From Candidatus Firestoneibacteriota bacterium (lineage in GTDB: Bacteria; Oederibacteriota; D2-FULL-39-29; JBBTED01), in contig JBBTED010000002.1 in assembly GCA_038042445.1 (NCBI GenBank), positions 14,783-78,782 on the forward strand: a stretch of 64,000 nt of DNA, in the 5' to 3' direction. The position numbers and the translations under genes were made by a program. The number at the start of each line of letters is the position of its first letter. Within the stretch, counting starts at the first letter, position 1. Below are positions 47,380 through 59,500 of the stretch, one piece after another. The notes under the pieces were generated by a model, which ran no database searches, had not been told where the DNA came from, and was given only the letters and a program-made list of their open reading frames with translations.

Positions 47380-48545
47380 AAAACATCTCCTTTTTTGTTG
47401 TATTTTTCAATTATCATTTTTGTTAAAATTTCTTTTGATTTAAGTTTAGAAATATTCGTAAGCACATATTGGACACCATAAGTTTTAATAATTTTAGCTA
47501 ACTTTACTGCGTGTTCATCTTTTTCATAATTATAATGCAAGGCTGCTGCAATAGCCAAAGAAATATTTTCCGGTTTAACACCATATTTTAGTGCTAATTT
47601 TGCAGAACCTATTAACCTGTCATTTTTTCCTAATTTTCTTATAGGATCTCTTGCTAATCTTACAATTGTATCTCCTAAATTTTTATTTGAAAATCGTACC
47701 AATAAATCATTTATATATTCATCTATTTCTTTTTTTGTAAGATTATATTTTTTCCTCAAGGCATCACCGGATTCATTCATTGCTTTTTTAGTTACGCTTA
47801 TGATATTTTTATCAGCAATAGCTTCCCATACATATTTATATTTTTTAAAGTATCCTAAAAAAGCACATACTGCATGACCAAGATTATGTATAAATAATTT
47901 TCTCTCTTCATAAAATTTAAAATTATCACAAGCTATCATATTTTTCACATCAGGTATTTCACCTTTAAACCCTTTTTTGGCTACAGGCAATATGCTATAT
48001 TCCTCTGCTTTCACATACAGCAAATCCTTTTTCTTTATCGTGTCAGGCAAAACTGGAATCATCCTGCCAATTACAGTCTCAACAAATCCTACATATTTAT
48101 CAAGATAACCAATATATTTTTTCTCTAATAATGATTTAATATATTCCTTCAGTATTTTACCTGCAGAAAGCAGATTTTCGCATATTATTATATTAACAGG
48201 TAATTCTATCTTGTTTTCTGCACGATATCTTATACCTTCAGCTATAGCAGGACATACACTTTTTATTACATTTACACCAACAGCTGTAGCAATAATATCA
48301 GCATTTTGTATTTCACCGGCAACTACATCTATATCAGTACCATTAACTGCTCGGACATTTGTAATACTGATTTTTTTATTTTTCTTACCCAATATTTCAA
48401 GTGTATACTTTTTTTCTTTATTCAATGCATCAATTATTTTTTTATCTATATCAACAAATACAACTTCATATCTGGATTCTGTAAATAATTGTGCTATAAA
48501 TCCACGCCCTATATTACCTGCACCAAATTGTATTAATTTTTTCAT
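47376..48545 (-). CDS. mtlD: Mannitol-1-phosphate 5-dehydrogenase family protein
   Basis: QFGAGNIGRGF, TAVG, CEN, ERKLFIHNLGH, RDPIRKL..DRL. Confidence 0.88.
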   Translation of the reverse strand: MKKLIQFGAGNIGRGFIAQLFTESRYEVVFVDIDKKIIDALNKEKKYTLEILGKKNKKISITNVRAVNGTDIDVVAGEIQNADIIATAVGVNVIKSVCPAIAEGIRYRAENKIELPVNIIICENLLSAGKILKEYIKSLLEKKYIGYLDKYVGFVETVIGRMIPVLPDTIKKKDLLYVKAEEYSILPVAKKGFKGEIPDVKNMIACDNFKFYEERKLFIHNLGHAVCAFLGYFKKYKYVWEAIADKNIISVTKKAMNESGDALRKKYNLTKKEIDEYINDLLVRFSNKNLGDTIVRLARDPIRKLGKNDRLIGSAKLALKYGVKPENISLAIAAALHYNYEKDEHAVKLAKIIKTYGVQYVLTNISKLKSKEILTKMIIEKYNKKGDVL

Positions 48546-48559
48546 ATTGAACTACTTGT

Positions 48560-50701
48560 TTATGGAAAAATGAGTTTGGAAAAATCTGCAATTTTGCCTA
48601 GCATAAAATGTATTTTTCTAAGTAAAAATAAGCGGTTTTCTCGTACTTTAGTGTCTTTTGCCATAACCATAACTTTATCAAAAAAAGTGTCTATAAATGG
48701 ACATAGTTTTTGCATTTCAGCAAATGCGAGCTTATATTCTCTTTTTTCAACCAAATCGTTTATCGTATTGGATATCTTTTTGTACATTGCATAAAGTTGT
48801 TTTTCTGCATCATTTTCAAAACGTGCTTCATCAACAGTTATTATAGATTCCTTGTCAAGACCAAAGCTTTTATTTTTTTTCTCTACTGGCAAAATATTTA
48901 TCACTCGGCTAAATACTGTAACAGTCTTTTCAAAATCTTTTTCTTTGCGTAGTTCAGAAAGAGCATCAGCACGCAGTTTTGCATCAAGTGGATTATCAAA
49001 ATTGGATAAAACTGCATTTGCAACATCATATCGTATCCCCTGTTCCAACAAAATTCCTTCTATACGTTCTTTCAAAAAATTAAGGACTAAATTTTCTGGA
49101 AGCATACTGCCAAGAAGATTAAAAGAAGGAGTTTGATCATATGTCACTCTTGCTGCAAGAACTAAATCACTTAATGATAAATTTAATTTACAAATCAATA
49201 AAATATTTATAATTCCTATTGCCTGACGCCTTAACCCATAAAGATCTTGAGAACCTGTTGGCTTTAATCCTAAATAAAAACATCCAATAATAGTATCTAT
49301 TTTATCCGCTATTGATAACACAATCCCTTCTAACGATACAGGTAAAATATCTGAATTGTATCTTGGCAAATAATGTTCAAATATAGCGTGAGCAACTTCA
49401 TCTGATTCTCCAGAAACCAGAGCATATTCTTTTCCCATTACTCCCTGTAATTTTGGAAATTCTTTTACCACTTCTGTTACTAAATCAGCTTTACATAAAT
49501 ATGATGCCCTTTGTGTTAATTCAAACGTTTTTACATTAAGAGTAAATTTTTTTACCAAATAATCTGCTAATTTCTTCAACCGCTCAGTTTTATCGTGAAG
49601 TGTACCTAATTTTTCCTGCCATACAACTTTTTTTAATTTTTCAACTTTTGCTTCTAAGGAAGTTTTTTTATCTTCATTAAAGAAAAATTGTGCATCTTTT
49701 AATCTTGCAACCAATACTTTTTCATTACCTTTACTCACTATAGTTGAATATTTTTTATCACCATCTCTTACCACAATAAAATATGGTAATAATTTATCCT
49801 GTTGTTTATCCATTACAGGAAAATATCTCTGTTGTTCCTCCATAACATTAATTAAAATTTCTTTTGGCAAAACCAAATATTCATCTGGAAATGTTCCAAG
49901 AATTGCACTCGGATATTCCACCATATTAGAAACTTCTTTTAATAATTCTTCATTTAACTGCGGCTCGGGATATATTGAATTTGATATTGGTATATTTTCA
50001 TGCAAAAGGGTAAGTGTCTGTTCTTTAATCGCTTGTTTTCTATCATCCTGTTTTATGACCACCCATTTTTTTTGTATTGTTTTAAAAAATTCTTTTGCTG
50101 ATTTAATTTTAATTTGTGAAGGGCTTAATACTCTGTGGCCATAAGTCTTATTGCTTGATTGGACATTTGCAATTTCAAAATGGACAACTTGCGTTCCAAA
50201 CATACACAATATCCACCTTATTGGTCTTGCAAATCTAAAATTTCCTTCCCATCGCATTGATTTTGAAAAATCTAATCTGGATATAATTGCCGGAACAATT
50301 TTCTTAAGTAAATCAATTGTTTTTTTACCCTTTATTTCCTTAGTAATACAAACATATTCTCCTTTATCCAATTGTATTACTGTAAGATCTTTTACCTGAA
50401 CCCCATTAGTTTTTGCAAATCCAAATGCAGCAGGAGTTGGCTTACCTGCTTGATCATAAGCCACTTTTTTTGGTGGACCAACAACTTGCTTCACTTCATC
50501 ATTTTGTTTTTCTGCAACCCCTTTAATAAAAATTACAAGACGCCTTGGAGTTCCAAATTTATCTATATCTGGATCTGGACCATATTCAATTTTTGCATTT
50601 TTAAATTCTTGACCAAAATCTGTCTGCAATTGCAAAAGCACATTATTAATATATCTCGCAGGCAATTCTTCTGTCCCTATTTCAAGTATAAAATCTTTCA
50701 T
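48560..50701 (-). CDS. glyS: Glycine--tRNA ligase beta subunit
   Basis: LEIGTEELP, TPRRL, FARPIRW, KADL, EHYLPR, GSQDLYGLRR. Confidence 0.97.
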   Translation of the reverse strand: MKDFILEIGTEELPARYINNVLLQLQTDFGQEFKNAKIEYGPDPDIDKFGTPRRLVIFIKGVAEKQNDEVKQVVGPPKKVAYDQAGKPTPAAFGFAKTNGVQVKDLTVIQLDKGEYVCITKEIKGKKTIDLLKKIVPAIISRLDFSKSMRWEGNFRFARPIRWILCMFGTQVVHFEIANVQSSNKTYGHRVLSPSQIKIKSAKEFFKTIQKKWVVIKQDDRKQAIKEQTLTLLHENIPISNSIYPEPQLNEELLKEVSNMVEYPSAILGTFPDEYLVLPKEILINVMEEQQRYFPVMDKQQDKLLPYFIVVRDGDKKYSTIVSKGNEKVLVARLKDAQFFFNEDKKTSLEAKVEKLKKVVWQEKLGTLHDKTERLKKLADYLVKKFTLNVKTFELTQRASYLCKADLVTEVVKEFPKLQGVMGKEYALVSGESDEVAHAIFEHYLPRYNSDILPVSLEGIVLSIADKIDTIIGCFYLGLKPTGSQDLYGLRRQAIGIINILLICKLNLSLSDLVLAARVTYDQTPSFNLLGSMLPENLVLNFLKERIEGILLEQGIRYDVANAVLSNFDNPLDAKLRADALSELRKEKDFEKTVTVFSRVINILPVEKKNKSFGLDKESIITVDEARFENDAEKQLYAMYKKISNTINDLVEKREYKLAFAEMQKLCPFIDTFFDKVMVMAKDTKVRENRLFLLRKIHFMLGKIADFSKLIFP

Positions 50702-50746
50702 ATTATTTTATTTGATTTCTAATAGTATATTTCCATAAATCCTATT

Positions 50747-50828
50747 TTGTCATCCTGAACAAAGTGAAGGATCTTGTTTTTAAAAGACTTTAAAACGAGA
50801 TTCTTCGGCTATCGCCTCAGAATGACAA
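50747..50828. repeat. Family E-related TGTCAT...ATGACA palindromic repeat
   Basis: ttgtcatcctgaacaaagtgaaggatct...agattcttcggctatcgcctcagaatgacaa. Confidence 0.7.
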
Positions 50829-50843
50829 CTTTTGGCACAAATT

Positions 50844-50860
50844 CTAAAGCCTGCAACTAC
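50844..50860. repeat. Partial family A REP
   Basis: ctaaagcctgcaactac. Confidence 0.55.
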
Positions 50861-50863
50861 CAT

Positions 50864-51706
50864 TTATATATCATTTTCCAAATACAAATTGGCACATTGT
50901 TTTGCAAGATTTCTAATTCTGGTAATATATGATACTCTTTCACTTACACTTATTGCTCCTCTTGCTTCAAGCAAATTAAAACTATGAGAACACTTAAGAA
51001 CCTGATCATAAGCTGGAAAAGACAATTTTTGTAATATCAATTGCTTTGCTTCTGTTTCATACATTTCAAATAATTTAAACAACATTTCAATATTTGCGCA
51101 TTCAAAATTATATTTTGAAAATTCTTTTTCAGTCCTTAAATGAACATCTCCATATTTTAAATTTTTTGTCCAGTCAATATCAAAAACATTATTTTTTTCC
51201 TGAATAAACATAGCAAGACGTTCTAAACCATAAGTAATTTCCACAGAAATTGGGTCTAAATCTATCCCCCCTGATTGCTGAAAATAGGTAAACTGTGTTA
51301 TTTCAAGACCATCTATCCAAACTTCCCAACCCAATCCAGATGCCCCAAGTGTAGGAGATTCCCAATCATCTTCAACAAATCGCACATCATGTTCTTTAAG
51401 TTTTATACCTAGTATTTTTAAACTATTTAAATAAATCTGCTGGCAATTTTTTGGGGCAGGTTTAAGTATTACCTGATACTGATAATATGCCTGTAAACGG
51501 TTTGGATTTTCACCATATCTTCCATCAGCAGGCCTACGAGAAGGTTCTACATAAGCAGCTTTCCATGGCTTAGGCCCTAAAACCCGCAAAAAAGTAGCAG
51601 GGTTAAAAGTACCTGCTCCTTTTTCTATATCATAAGGCTGAACTATTGCACATCCTTGTTTCGCCCAGAATTTCTGTAAAGAAAAGATAATGTCCTGAAA
51701 ATTCAT
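50864..51706 (-). CDS. glyQ: Glycine--tRNA ligase alpha subunit
   Basis: [34 protein letters not shown]. Confidence 0.98.
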   Translation of the reverse strand: MNFQDIIFSLQKFWAKQGCAIVQPYDIEKGAGTFNPATFLRVLGPKPWKAAYVEPSRRPADGRYGENPNRLQAYYQYQVILKPAPKNCQQIYLNSLKILGIKLKEHDVRFVEDDWESPTLGASGLGWEVWIDGLEITQFTYFQQSGGIDLDPISVEITYGLERLAMFIQEKNNVFDIDWTKNLKYGDVHLRTEKEFSKYNFECANIEMLFKLFEMYETEAKQLILQKLSFPAYDQVLKCSHSFNLLEARGAISVSERVSYITRIRNLAKQCANLYLENDI

Positions 51707-51709
51707 TTT

Positions 51710-52627
51710 TTACCTTCCTATTGCAATCATTTTATCAACTGCTATTTTTGCTTTTATACGTATATCTTCCGGCACTTTTACTTCATATTTCATATCTTCA
51801 AGAGCCCATAGTATTTTTTCAAGATTATTTTTTTTCATATTAGGACAAACTGCCAAAGCAGAAGCTGGATAAAAAATTTTATCTGGATTTTCTTTTTTAA
51901 GTCTATGAAGCATTCCAATTTCTGTTCCTATTATGAATTCTTTTACATCTGTTTCTTGAACATATTTTGCTATTCCCTCTGTAGACCTTGTTTCATCAGC
52001 CAATGCAATAATTTCTGAACTACATTCAGGATGCACAAGCACTTTTGCATTTGGATGCTCGCTTTTAGCTTTCAAAATATCTTCCGGCATTATTTTAATA
52101 TGAGTAGGACAATATCCATCCCACAAAATCATATCTCTGCCTGTTTTTTTAGCAGTATAATCTCCAAGATATTTATCCGGCACAAAGATTATTTCTTTTG
52201 CATCTTTCAAAGCCAAAACAACTTTTACTGCATTTGCAGAGGTACAACATACATCACTTTCAGCTTTTACCTCTGCAGGAGTATTTACATAAGCAACTAC
52301 TGTAGCAAGCGGATGTTTTGCTTTTAATTCCTTAAGCTTTTTTGCAGTTATCATATCTGCCATAGGACACCCTGCATCTATATCAGGTATCAAAACTTTT
52401 TTGTCCGGACAAAGTATAGACGCTGTTTCAGCCATAAAATGCACACCACAAAATACAATAACATCAGCATCTGTTTTGGAAGCAATCTGACTTAACCCCA
52501 AAGAATCCCCAATATAATCTGCAATATCCTGCACTTCCTCTATTTGATAATTATGCACAAGAAATATCGCATTTCTTTGTTTTTTTAACTTAAGTATTTT
52601 CTCTACCAATTCACTATTATTTTTCAT
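51710..52627 (-). CDS. nadA: Quinolinate synthase NadA
   Basis: HNYQ, GDSL, FCGVHFMAE, GCPMA, YVN, HPEC, CPNMK. Confidence 0.96.
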   Translation of the reverse strand: MKNNSELVEKILKLKKQRNAIFLVHNYQIEEVQDIADYIGDSLGLSQIASKTDADVIVFCGVHFMAETASILCPDKKVLIPDIDAGCPMADMITAKKLKELKAKHPLATVVAYVNTPAEVKAESDVCCTSANAVKVVLALKDAKEIIFVPDKYLGDYTAKKTGRDMILWDGYCPTHIKIMPEDILKAKSEHPNAKVLVHPECSSEIIALADETRSTEGIAKYVQETDVKEFIIGTEIGMLHRLKKENPDKIFYPASALAVCPNMKKNNLEKILWALEDMKYEVKVPEDIRIKAKIAVDKMIAIGR

Positions 52628-52647
52628 ACTTGAGATATATTATACTT

Positions 52648-53568
52648 TCACAACCCAAATTTTGCAATTTTTATTTCGGCTAAAACGTTGGATATGTCTT
52701 CGGGAATAGGAGCTGTGAATTCTATGTATTTTTCTGTTTGGGGATGGAAAAATCCGAGTTTGTATGCATGCAGAGCTTGGTGTTTTAAAGAAATATGTGG
52801 ATTGCCGTAAGTTATATCTCCAAGTACTGGATGCTTTAGGTATGACATATGCACACGAATTTGATGCGTTCTGCCTGTTTGCAATTCAACTTCTAATAAT
52901 GTATGTTCTGCGAAACGTTCCAAAACCTTAAATTTTGTTATTGCAATTTTACTTTTTCCACTTGTAACAGCTAATCTTTTTCTATCAGAAGTACTTCTGC
53001 CAATTGGAGCATCTATAATACCATCATTTTCTTCAATTACTCCTTCTACTATTGCTATATATTTTCTTGCAAATTTTCTATCCATTATTTGCTTAATTAA
53101 TTTTGAATATGCATCATCAGTTTTTGCAACTACAAGTAACCCGGATGTCCCTTTATCTAATCTATGAACTATTCCAGGCCTAAGAGGCTTTCCAAAATTT
53201 GAAAGTTTTCCGCAATGATACAAAAGCGCATTAACTAAAGTTCCTAAACTATTACCCGGAGCAATATGCACAACCATATCTGCCGATTTATTCACAACAA
53301 TTATATCTTTATCTTCATAAACTATATTAAGCGGAATATTTTCAGGAGTAGCTTCTTCAAAAATATCAGGCATAACAATAGATATTATTTCACCAAGACG
53401 CACTATATGACTTGATTTTTTCAAAGTATCATTAACTTTTACATAATCATCACGTATTAGAATTTTAGCTTGTGTTCTTGAGATGTTTAATTCCTTCATT
53501 AAAAAAAGATCTAATCTCTCTTTTGCTTTGGTCTCATCTATAACTATGGTTTTTATTTGGTCAGACAT
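52648..53568 (-). CDS. rluD: RluA family pseudouridine synthase (RluD-like, with S4 domain)
   Basis: RLD (S4), RPGIVHRLDKGTSG, TGRTHQIRVH, QALHA. Confidence 0.9.
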   Translation of the reverse strand: MSDQIKTIVIDETKAKERLDLFLMKELNISRTQAKILIRDDYVKVNDTLKKSSHIVRLGEIISIVMPDIFEEATPENIPLNIVYEDKDIIVVNKSADMVVHIAPGNSLGTLVNALLYHCGKLSNFGKPLRPGIVHRLDKGTSGLLVVAKTDDAYSKLIKQIMDRKFARKYIAIVEGVIEENDGIIDAPIGRSTSDRKRLAVTSGKSKIAITKFKVLERFAEHTLLEVELQTGRTHQIRVHMSYLKHPVLGDITYGNPHISLKHQALHAYKLGFFHPQTEKYIEFTAPIPEDISNVLAEIKIAKFGL

Positions 53569-53577
53569 ATAAGTTAA

Positions 53578-53597
53578 GCCGATAAATCGGCAACTAC
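53578..53597. repeat. GTAG-type REP family B
   Basis: gccgataaatcggcaactac, identical to 16618-16637. Confidence 0.8.
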
Positions 53598-53615
53598 AAT
53601 CCTTACATAAAATAA

Positions 53616-53659
53616 AATCCCCCCTACCCCCTTTATTAAAGGGGGACTAAGGGGGAATT
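53616..53659. repeat. Family C palindromic repeat downstream of ppdK
   Basis: aatcccccctaccccctttattaaagggggactaagggggaatt. Confidence 0.8.
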
Positions 53660-53670
53660 ACATTCAACTT

Positions 53671-56421
53671 TTATTTTGAAGCCAAAACTGCTCGTGCTGC
53701 GGCAAGTCTTGCAATAGGAACTCTGAATGGAGAACAACTTACATAATCCATACCAACTCTGTGACAAAATTCTATTGATGCTGGATCTCCACCATGTTCA
53801 CCACAAATACCAATTTTCAAGTTTTTATTTGTTTTTCTTCCTCTGGTTATACCAATCTCTATTAACTCGCCTATGCCTTCTATATCTATGCTCTGGAATG
53901 GGTCTTCTGGCAGGATTTTTTTATTCAGGTAATCCATCAAGAATCCGCCAATATCATCTCTTGAAAATCCAAATCCCATCTGTGTTAAATCATTAGTGCC
54001 AAATGAGAAAAACTCAGCAACTTCTGCTATTTTATCTGCAACAAGCGCTGCTCTTGGAATTTCAATCATAGTTCCTGTCATATACGGAATTTTTTTCATA
54101 CTATACTTCGCTAAAACTTCTTTCTCAACTTTTTTTATAATCTCCACCTGATCTTTTATTTCTTTCACATCGCATACAACAGGTATCATAATCTCAGGAT
54201 AGGTTTTTTTGCCTGATTTTATCAATTCTGCAGCTGATTCAAGTATTGCCCGCACCTGCGTTTCTGTAACTTCAGGATACGTAACTCCAAGCCGAACTCC
54301 ACGATGCCCCATCATTGGATTGCTTTCCCTTAAACCCGAAACTCTTTTCTCAAGCACTTCCATATTGATATTCAAACTCTGAGCAAGTTCCATTAGTTTC
54401 TCATGATTATGTGGAACAAATTCATGCAAAGGAGGATCTATCAAACGAATTGTAACTGGCAACCCTTCCATAGCTTCAAGTGTAGATTTTATATCCGCTT
54501 TCATATAAGGAAATAATTCATCAAGAGCTTTTCTTCTTTCCTCTTCTGTCTTTGAAACAATCATTTTACGCAATAAAAAAAGCGCCTTGTCTGAACCTTC
54601 TCCATAAAACATATGCTCTATCCTGAATAATCCAATTCCTTCAGCTCCAAATACCCGCGCCTTTTTGGCATCTTTAGGTGTATCTGCATTTGTTCTTATT
54701 TTAAGTTTTCGGACAGAATCGCATATATTCAAAAATTCAATAAGCAATTTGCTTTCTTCTCCAGGGTCAACCATTGGAAGCACACCTTCATACACATAAC
54801 CTTTTGTTCCATTCAAAGTAATCCAATCGCCTTCTTTTAATGTCTTACTTCCAACCATTATTATTTTTTTAGAATGCTCAACATTTAAATCACTACATCC
54901 AACTATACAACACTTACCCCATCCCCTTGCAACCAATGCAGCATGCGAAGTCATACCGCCTCTTGCAGTAAGTATTGCCTCAGCAGCTCTCATTCCTTCA
55001 ACATCTTCAGGATTTGTTTCTTCTCTGACTAATATAACTTTCTTACCTGCTTTATGCCATTCAACTGCATCTTCTGCGGAAAATACTATCATTCCAGAAG
55101 CTCCACCAGGACCTGCTGGCAAACCTTTTACCAACGGCTTAGTTATTTTTTCAGTATTAGGATCAACTATTGGATGAAGTAATTCATCTACCTGTGATGG
55201 AGTTACACGGCCAACTGCCATTTCCTTTGATATTAATTTTTCGTTGACCATATTTACTGCCATTTTAATAGCAGCAGGACCATTTCTTTTACCAATTCTG
55301 CACTGAAGCATAAAAAGTGTTCCTTTTTCAATTGTAAATTCTATGTCCTGCATATCTTTGTAATGCTTCTCAAGTCTTTTCTGATAACCAAATAATTCTT
55401 TATATAGCTTTGGCATTATCACTTCCAAACTCATTAAATCCTTATTATGTTCACTCTTGCTACATTCATTAACCGGCGCGGGTGTTCTTGTTCCAGCAAC
55501 AACATCTTCACCTTGAGCATTAACAAGATATTCACCATAAAAATTGTTATCTCCATTACCGGGATTTCTTGTAAATGCAACACCTGTTGCAGAATCATCT
55601 CCCATATTTCCAAATACCATTGTCTGAACATTTACCGCTGTTCCCCATTCATCCGGAATATTTTCTATTTTTCTGTAAGATATCGCTCTTTTGCCATTCC
55701 ATGATGAAAACACAGCTGAAATACCTCCCCATAATTGCTCAGTATGGTCATCAGGAAAATCTTTTTTTAGAACTTGTTTCACACATGCTTTAAACTGCTG
55801 GCATAATTTTTTTAAATCCTCTGCATTTAAATCTGTATCACTTTCCGCGCCTTTTTGCGCTTTCATTTCTTTCATAATCTTTTCAAGCTGTTTTCTTATA
55901 CCCATATCATTTGCAGGCTCTATTCCAGCTGCTTTTTCCATAACAACATCTGAATACATCATAATTAACCTTCTGTATGCGTCATATACAAATCTCTCAT
56001 TTCCACCAGTTAGTTTAATTAAACCTGGAATTGTTTTTTCAGTTAAGCCAACATTCAACACAGTTTCCATCATTCCGGGCATTGATTTTCTTGCGCCTGA
56101 CCTCACTGAAACTAAAAGTGGATTTTCAGGGTTTCCAAATTTCTTACCCATTAATTTTTCCATCTTTTCAATAGAAATTTGCGCCTGTTTTTTTAATTCT
56201 GCAGGATATTTTCTACCGTGCTTATAAAAATAAGTACATACTTCTGTTGTAACAGTAAAACCCGGTGGAACAGGAAGTTTCAAAGCAGGATGCCCTGCCA
56301 TTTCAGCCAAATTTGCACCCTTACCACCAAGCAACTCTTTCATTTTTTCATTTCCATCAGCCTTTCCCCCGCCGAAGAAATAAACATATTTTTGCTCTTT
56401 ACCCTTTTTACCTTTTGCCAT
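53671..56421 (-). CDS. ppdK: Pyruvate, phosphate dikinase
   Basis: LGGKGANLAEM, GGMTSHAA, FSFGTNDLTQ, GICGEHGG. Confidence 0.98.
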   Translation of the reverse strand: MAKGKKGKEQKYVYFFGGGKADGNEKMKELLGGKGANLAEMAGHPALKLPVPPGFTVTTEVCTYFYKHGRKYPAELKKQAQISIEKMEKLMGKKFGNPENPLLVSVRSGARKSMPGMMETVLNVGLTEKTIPGLIKLTGGNERFVYDAYRRLIMMYSDVVMEKAAGIEPANDMGIRKQLEKIMKEMKAQKGAESDTDLNAEDLKKLCQQFKACVKQVLKKDFPDDHTEQLWGGISAVFSSWNGKRAISYRKIENIPDEWGTAVNVQTMVFGNMGDDSATGVAFTRNPGNGDNNFYGEYLVNAQGEDVVAGTRTPAPVNECSKSEHNKDLMSLEVIMPKLYKELFGYQKRLEKHYKDMQDIEFTIEKGTLFMLQCRIGKRNGPAAIKMAVNMVNEKLISKEMAVGRVTPSQVDELLHPIVDPNTEKITKPLVKGLPAGPGGASGMIVFSAEDAVEWHKAGKKVILVREETNPEDVEGMRAAEAILTARGGMTSHAALVARGWGKCCIVGCSDLNVEHSKKIIMVGSKTLKEGDWITLNGTKGYVYEGVLPMVDPGEESKLLIEFLNICDSVRKLKIRTNADTPKDAKKARVFGAEGIGLFRIEHMFYGEGSDKALFLLRKMIVSKTEEERRKALDELFPYMKADIKSTLEAMEGLPVTIRLIDPPLHEFVPHNHEKLMELAQSLNINMEVLEKRVSGLRESNPMMGHRGVRLGVTYPEVTETQVRAILESAAELIKSGKKTYPEIMIPVVCDVKEIKDQVEIIKKVEKEVLAKYSMKKIPYMTGTMIEIPRAALVADKIAEVAEFFSFGTNDLTQMGFGFSRDDIGGFLMDYLNKKILPEDPFQSIDIEGIGELIEIGITRGRKTNKNLKIGICGEHGGDPASIEFCHRVGMDYVSCSPFRVPIARLAAARAVLASK

Positions 56422-56474
56422 ATAATTCTCCTTTCTATAAATAATAGAACAGATTAGTTAAAATTTGTGTTTTT

Positions 56475-56540
56475 ATTATAACATTATAATTTGTATAAAA
56501 TCAAGATTTTAATAGACAAAATAATTTAAAAATCTATAAT
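56475..56540. promoter_or_regulatory. Divergent sigma70-like promoters (ppdK and the large exported protein)
   Basis: Minus strand TTGATT-N18-(TGt)TATAAT; plus strand TAGACA-N16-TATAAT. Confidence 0.45.
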
Positions 56541-56552
56541 TAATATATCAAT

Positions 56553-59500
56553 ATGTCTATAAAAATAAAGCGTGTCATCACAAGATTTTTGTTGTTTCTT
56601 GTTTTGTTTTGCAAATATTCTTTTTCTGCTGAAACTGAATATAGCTGTTATATTGTTACAGAAAAAGCAGGTGTTTTTTCACACAGATTTATCACTGAGG
56701 AATTACAAAACAAGTATGGTGATAAAGTTCTGTTTTTGAATATTGGTGCATGGACGGATAGAAACTGGATAAAAGAACATAATGTAAAAGAAACCCCTGC
56801 ATTTATTTTGTTTGATAAAAACAAAGTCGAAATTGACAGAATAGAAGAATGCAAAAACATAGATAAACTTGTCCATTTCTTCCAAAAAAACTTAAAAAAT
56901 GAAAAGGATATTTTTAAAATTACTGAGTTAAAATATTTTCTCACAGAAAATAATCATATTGATGTATATAGCATAGACTCATCTTTGGAGAAATATAACG
57001 AATTAACTATTTCACAAAAACAATCATTAAAAATCTTTGCAAAAGATTTAAAGAAATATCTTAAAGAATATAAATCCGTTGAATGGCTTGAAGATGCAAT
57101 AAATGCTGTAGACAACATAAGTAATAAAACAAGCAGATATAATTTAAAACGAAAAATAGCATCTACAGTAAAAATAGTTCCGAATCTAAAAACGTTTTAC
57201 AAAGAAATATCTAACTGGAATGATGGTACTATTTATCCTATACTCCTTGGAAATAATATGTGGAGTGTAAAATTTATTGAAGCATTTAAACCTGAACAAA
57301 TTATCTATGTGCAGGACACTCAGAATACTTCTGATGATACTACTATCAATGATATTATTACTACTTCCCTTTATAATTCTGCTCTTAAAAATAAATCGTC
57401 CAAGAAAATTTCAATAGAAGACGTGAACAAATTTTTTCTTGAAAAAATAAAAAATAATCCATTAGGAATAGTGATTATTGACCCTGTTTTTTCTACTGCA
57501 CCTGCAGGTGTAGCTTTAGCAGCAGCAAAATACCAGATTGTTTACATCAGAGAAAAATATGGTGAATTTGATAAAACTGTCACTTTTCAGGAAGCTGATG
57601 TTATAAGAAAAGATATTATGAATTATTTAGATAAATTTAATGTCCCTTACAAAAACTATGGAATAGACCTTGATGGTATTACACTTGCTATTGACTTGCC
57701 ATACAGATATAAAGCATTGGAAACAGAAGCTGAAAAAGGAATAAGAGTTACAGATGATTTCATTGATACAAACGATTCAGGATTTCCCTGGGGTATAGCA
57801 GGAAGACTAATAGGTGATGAAAGCTCTTCTATATACAGAGCAATGTGTTCTATATTTTTGAATATAGACGAGGCTCTTTTTTTTAGCAAATATTCAACAT
57901 CTTCTTCTCCATGGAAAGAATACACACCCCAAAAAGCAGTAGATTTATTCAAAAAACAAATGCCTGTCCGAGAGGTTCAAGCACAAGATGCTACATCAAA
58001 AAGATGGAGAGAAGAAACATACTGGGGGAATAAAGCAAATTTTGTATTTATCAACTCAGCAGGCGGAGCTTATAATTGGTATGTTAGTGATGGACAAGCA
58101 TCTTCATTAGACATAGTTTCATCTATCCCCTGCAATGTCTATATTATCCACAGCGGCTCTGCAAGTAGCCCTCTTGATAAAACCAGTATTTTAGGCAAAT
58201 GGTTTGAATGTGGTGCATACAATTATTTTGGCTCAATGTCTGAACCTTTATTAGAAGCCTTTGTTACCCCTGATAAAATAGCAAAATATTTATTTGACGG
58301 ATATCCATTTGCCTTAGCAACCAGAGATATAATCGGAGGATATTCATATCCATGGCGTCTTGTATTTTTTGGTGACCCATTATGGACATTATCCAATACA
58401 ACCGAAAGAGTTCACTTAAATAAAAAACCAAAAAATACAAATATTTACGAATACTTTGATTGTCTTTACAAAAAAGAATGGGATAAGTTGGACAGCATAT
58501 ATAAAAACAGTGAAAACATTTTTAAAACTAACAATACATATAATATCGCATTGCTAACTTACAGCAATAAAGAAGATATTAACAAAATAATAGATATTTT
58601 GAAAAAACCTTCTTTTTATGAACTATGGCCTGCAACTTCACTATTGTGCAACAGACTAATTCTAAAAAAAGCGTATAGCAACAATAGTGCTGAAAAACTA
58701 AAATTATTAAAGCTTGCATATAAAACATCAAAAGATATATTTGTCCTTGAAGATATATTTAATGAATTAGCAAAACAAAATAAAGATGAATTTTTTAAAG
58801 AACTTGACGCTTTTTTAAAAGAGGAAAAATCTTTTATAAACTCAATTGTATTTGAAAAGTTCACAAATATATATATTCGTGAACTTAAACCTTCCTTAAC
58901 TGATATTCGCAAATTTTTAACTGACTATTCAGAAAGCATAAAAGCAGCAAAAGAAACTATCAATATTATCTCAGATTACACTTTTAAGTGTTATAATAAT
59001 ACTCCAGATAACGCTTCAGCCATTATAGAAGAATTAATTAAAATAGGCGGTCCAAATGAAAAAACTAACTTAATAAAAAAATATTTGTCTTATTTATTGG
59101 GGATAAATGACTACACGAAAATAAAAGCTTTTATAGATACGAACAAAAAATTATGCGGCTCAGACAAAGACATTCAATATTACTCAATTTTATCAGACAG
59201 CAGAAGTACTGATAAAAAAAATGCCATAGAAATAATTGAAAATTATTTAAAAAATAACGAACGTTCGGATTATGCTTCTGTCCTAAAAGATGAAATAAAA
59301 TTATTAAATAATATCACACCTGACAAACTCCATATTGAACTTGTCCTGCATAAATCTTCAAATATTGTTATTGATGGACATATAAATGAAACAGAATGGA
59401 ATGGATATTCAACCATACAGAATTTATGTTCTTTAAGTAATGAGAAAATCTATCTTTTTTTGACTCAAGAAAAATTATACATAGGCGGTATTTTCTATTT

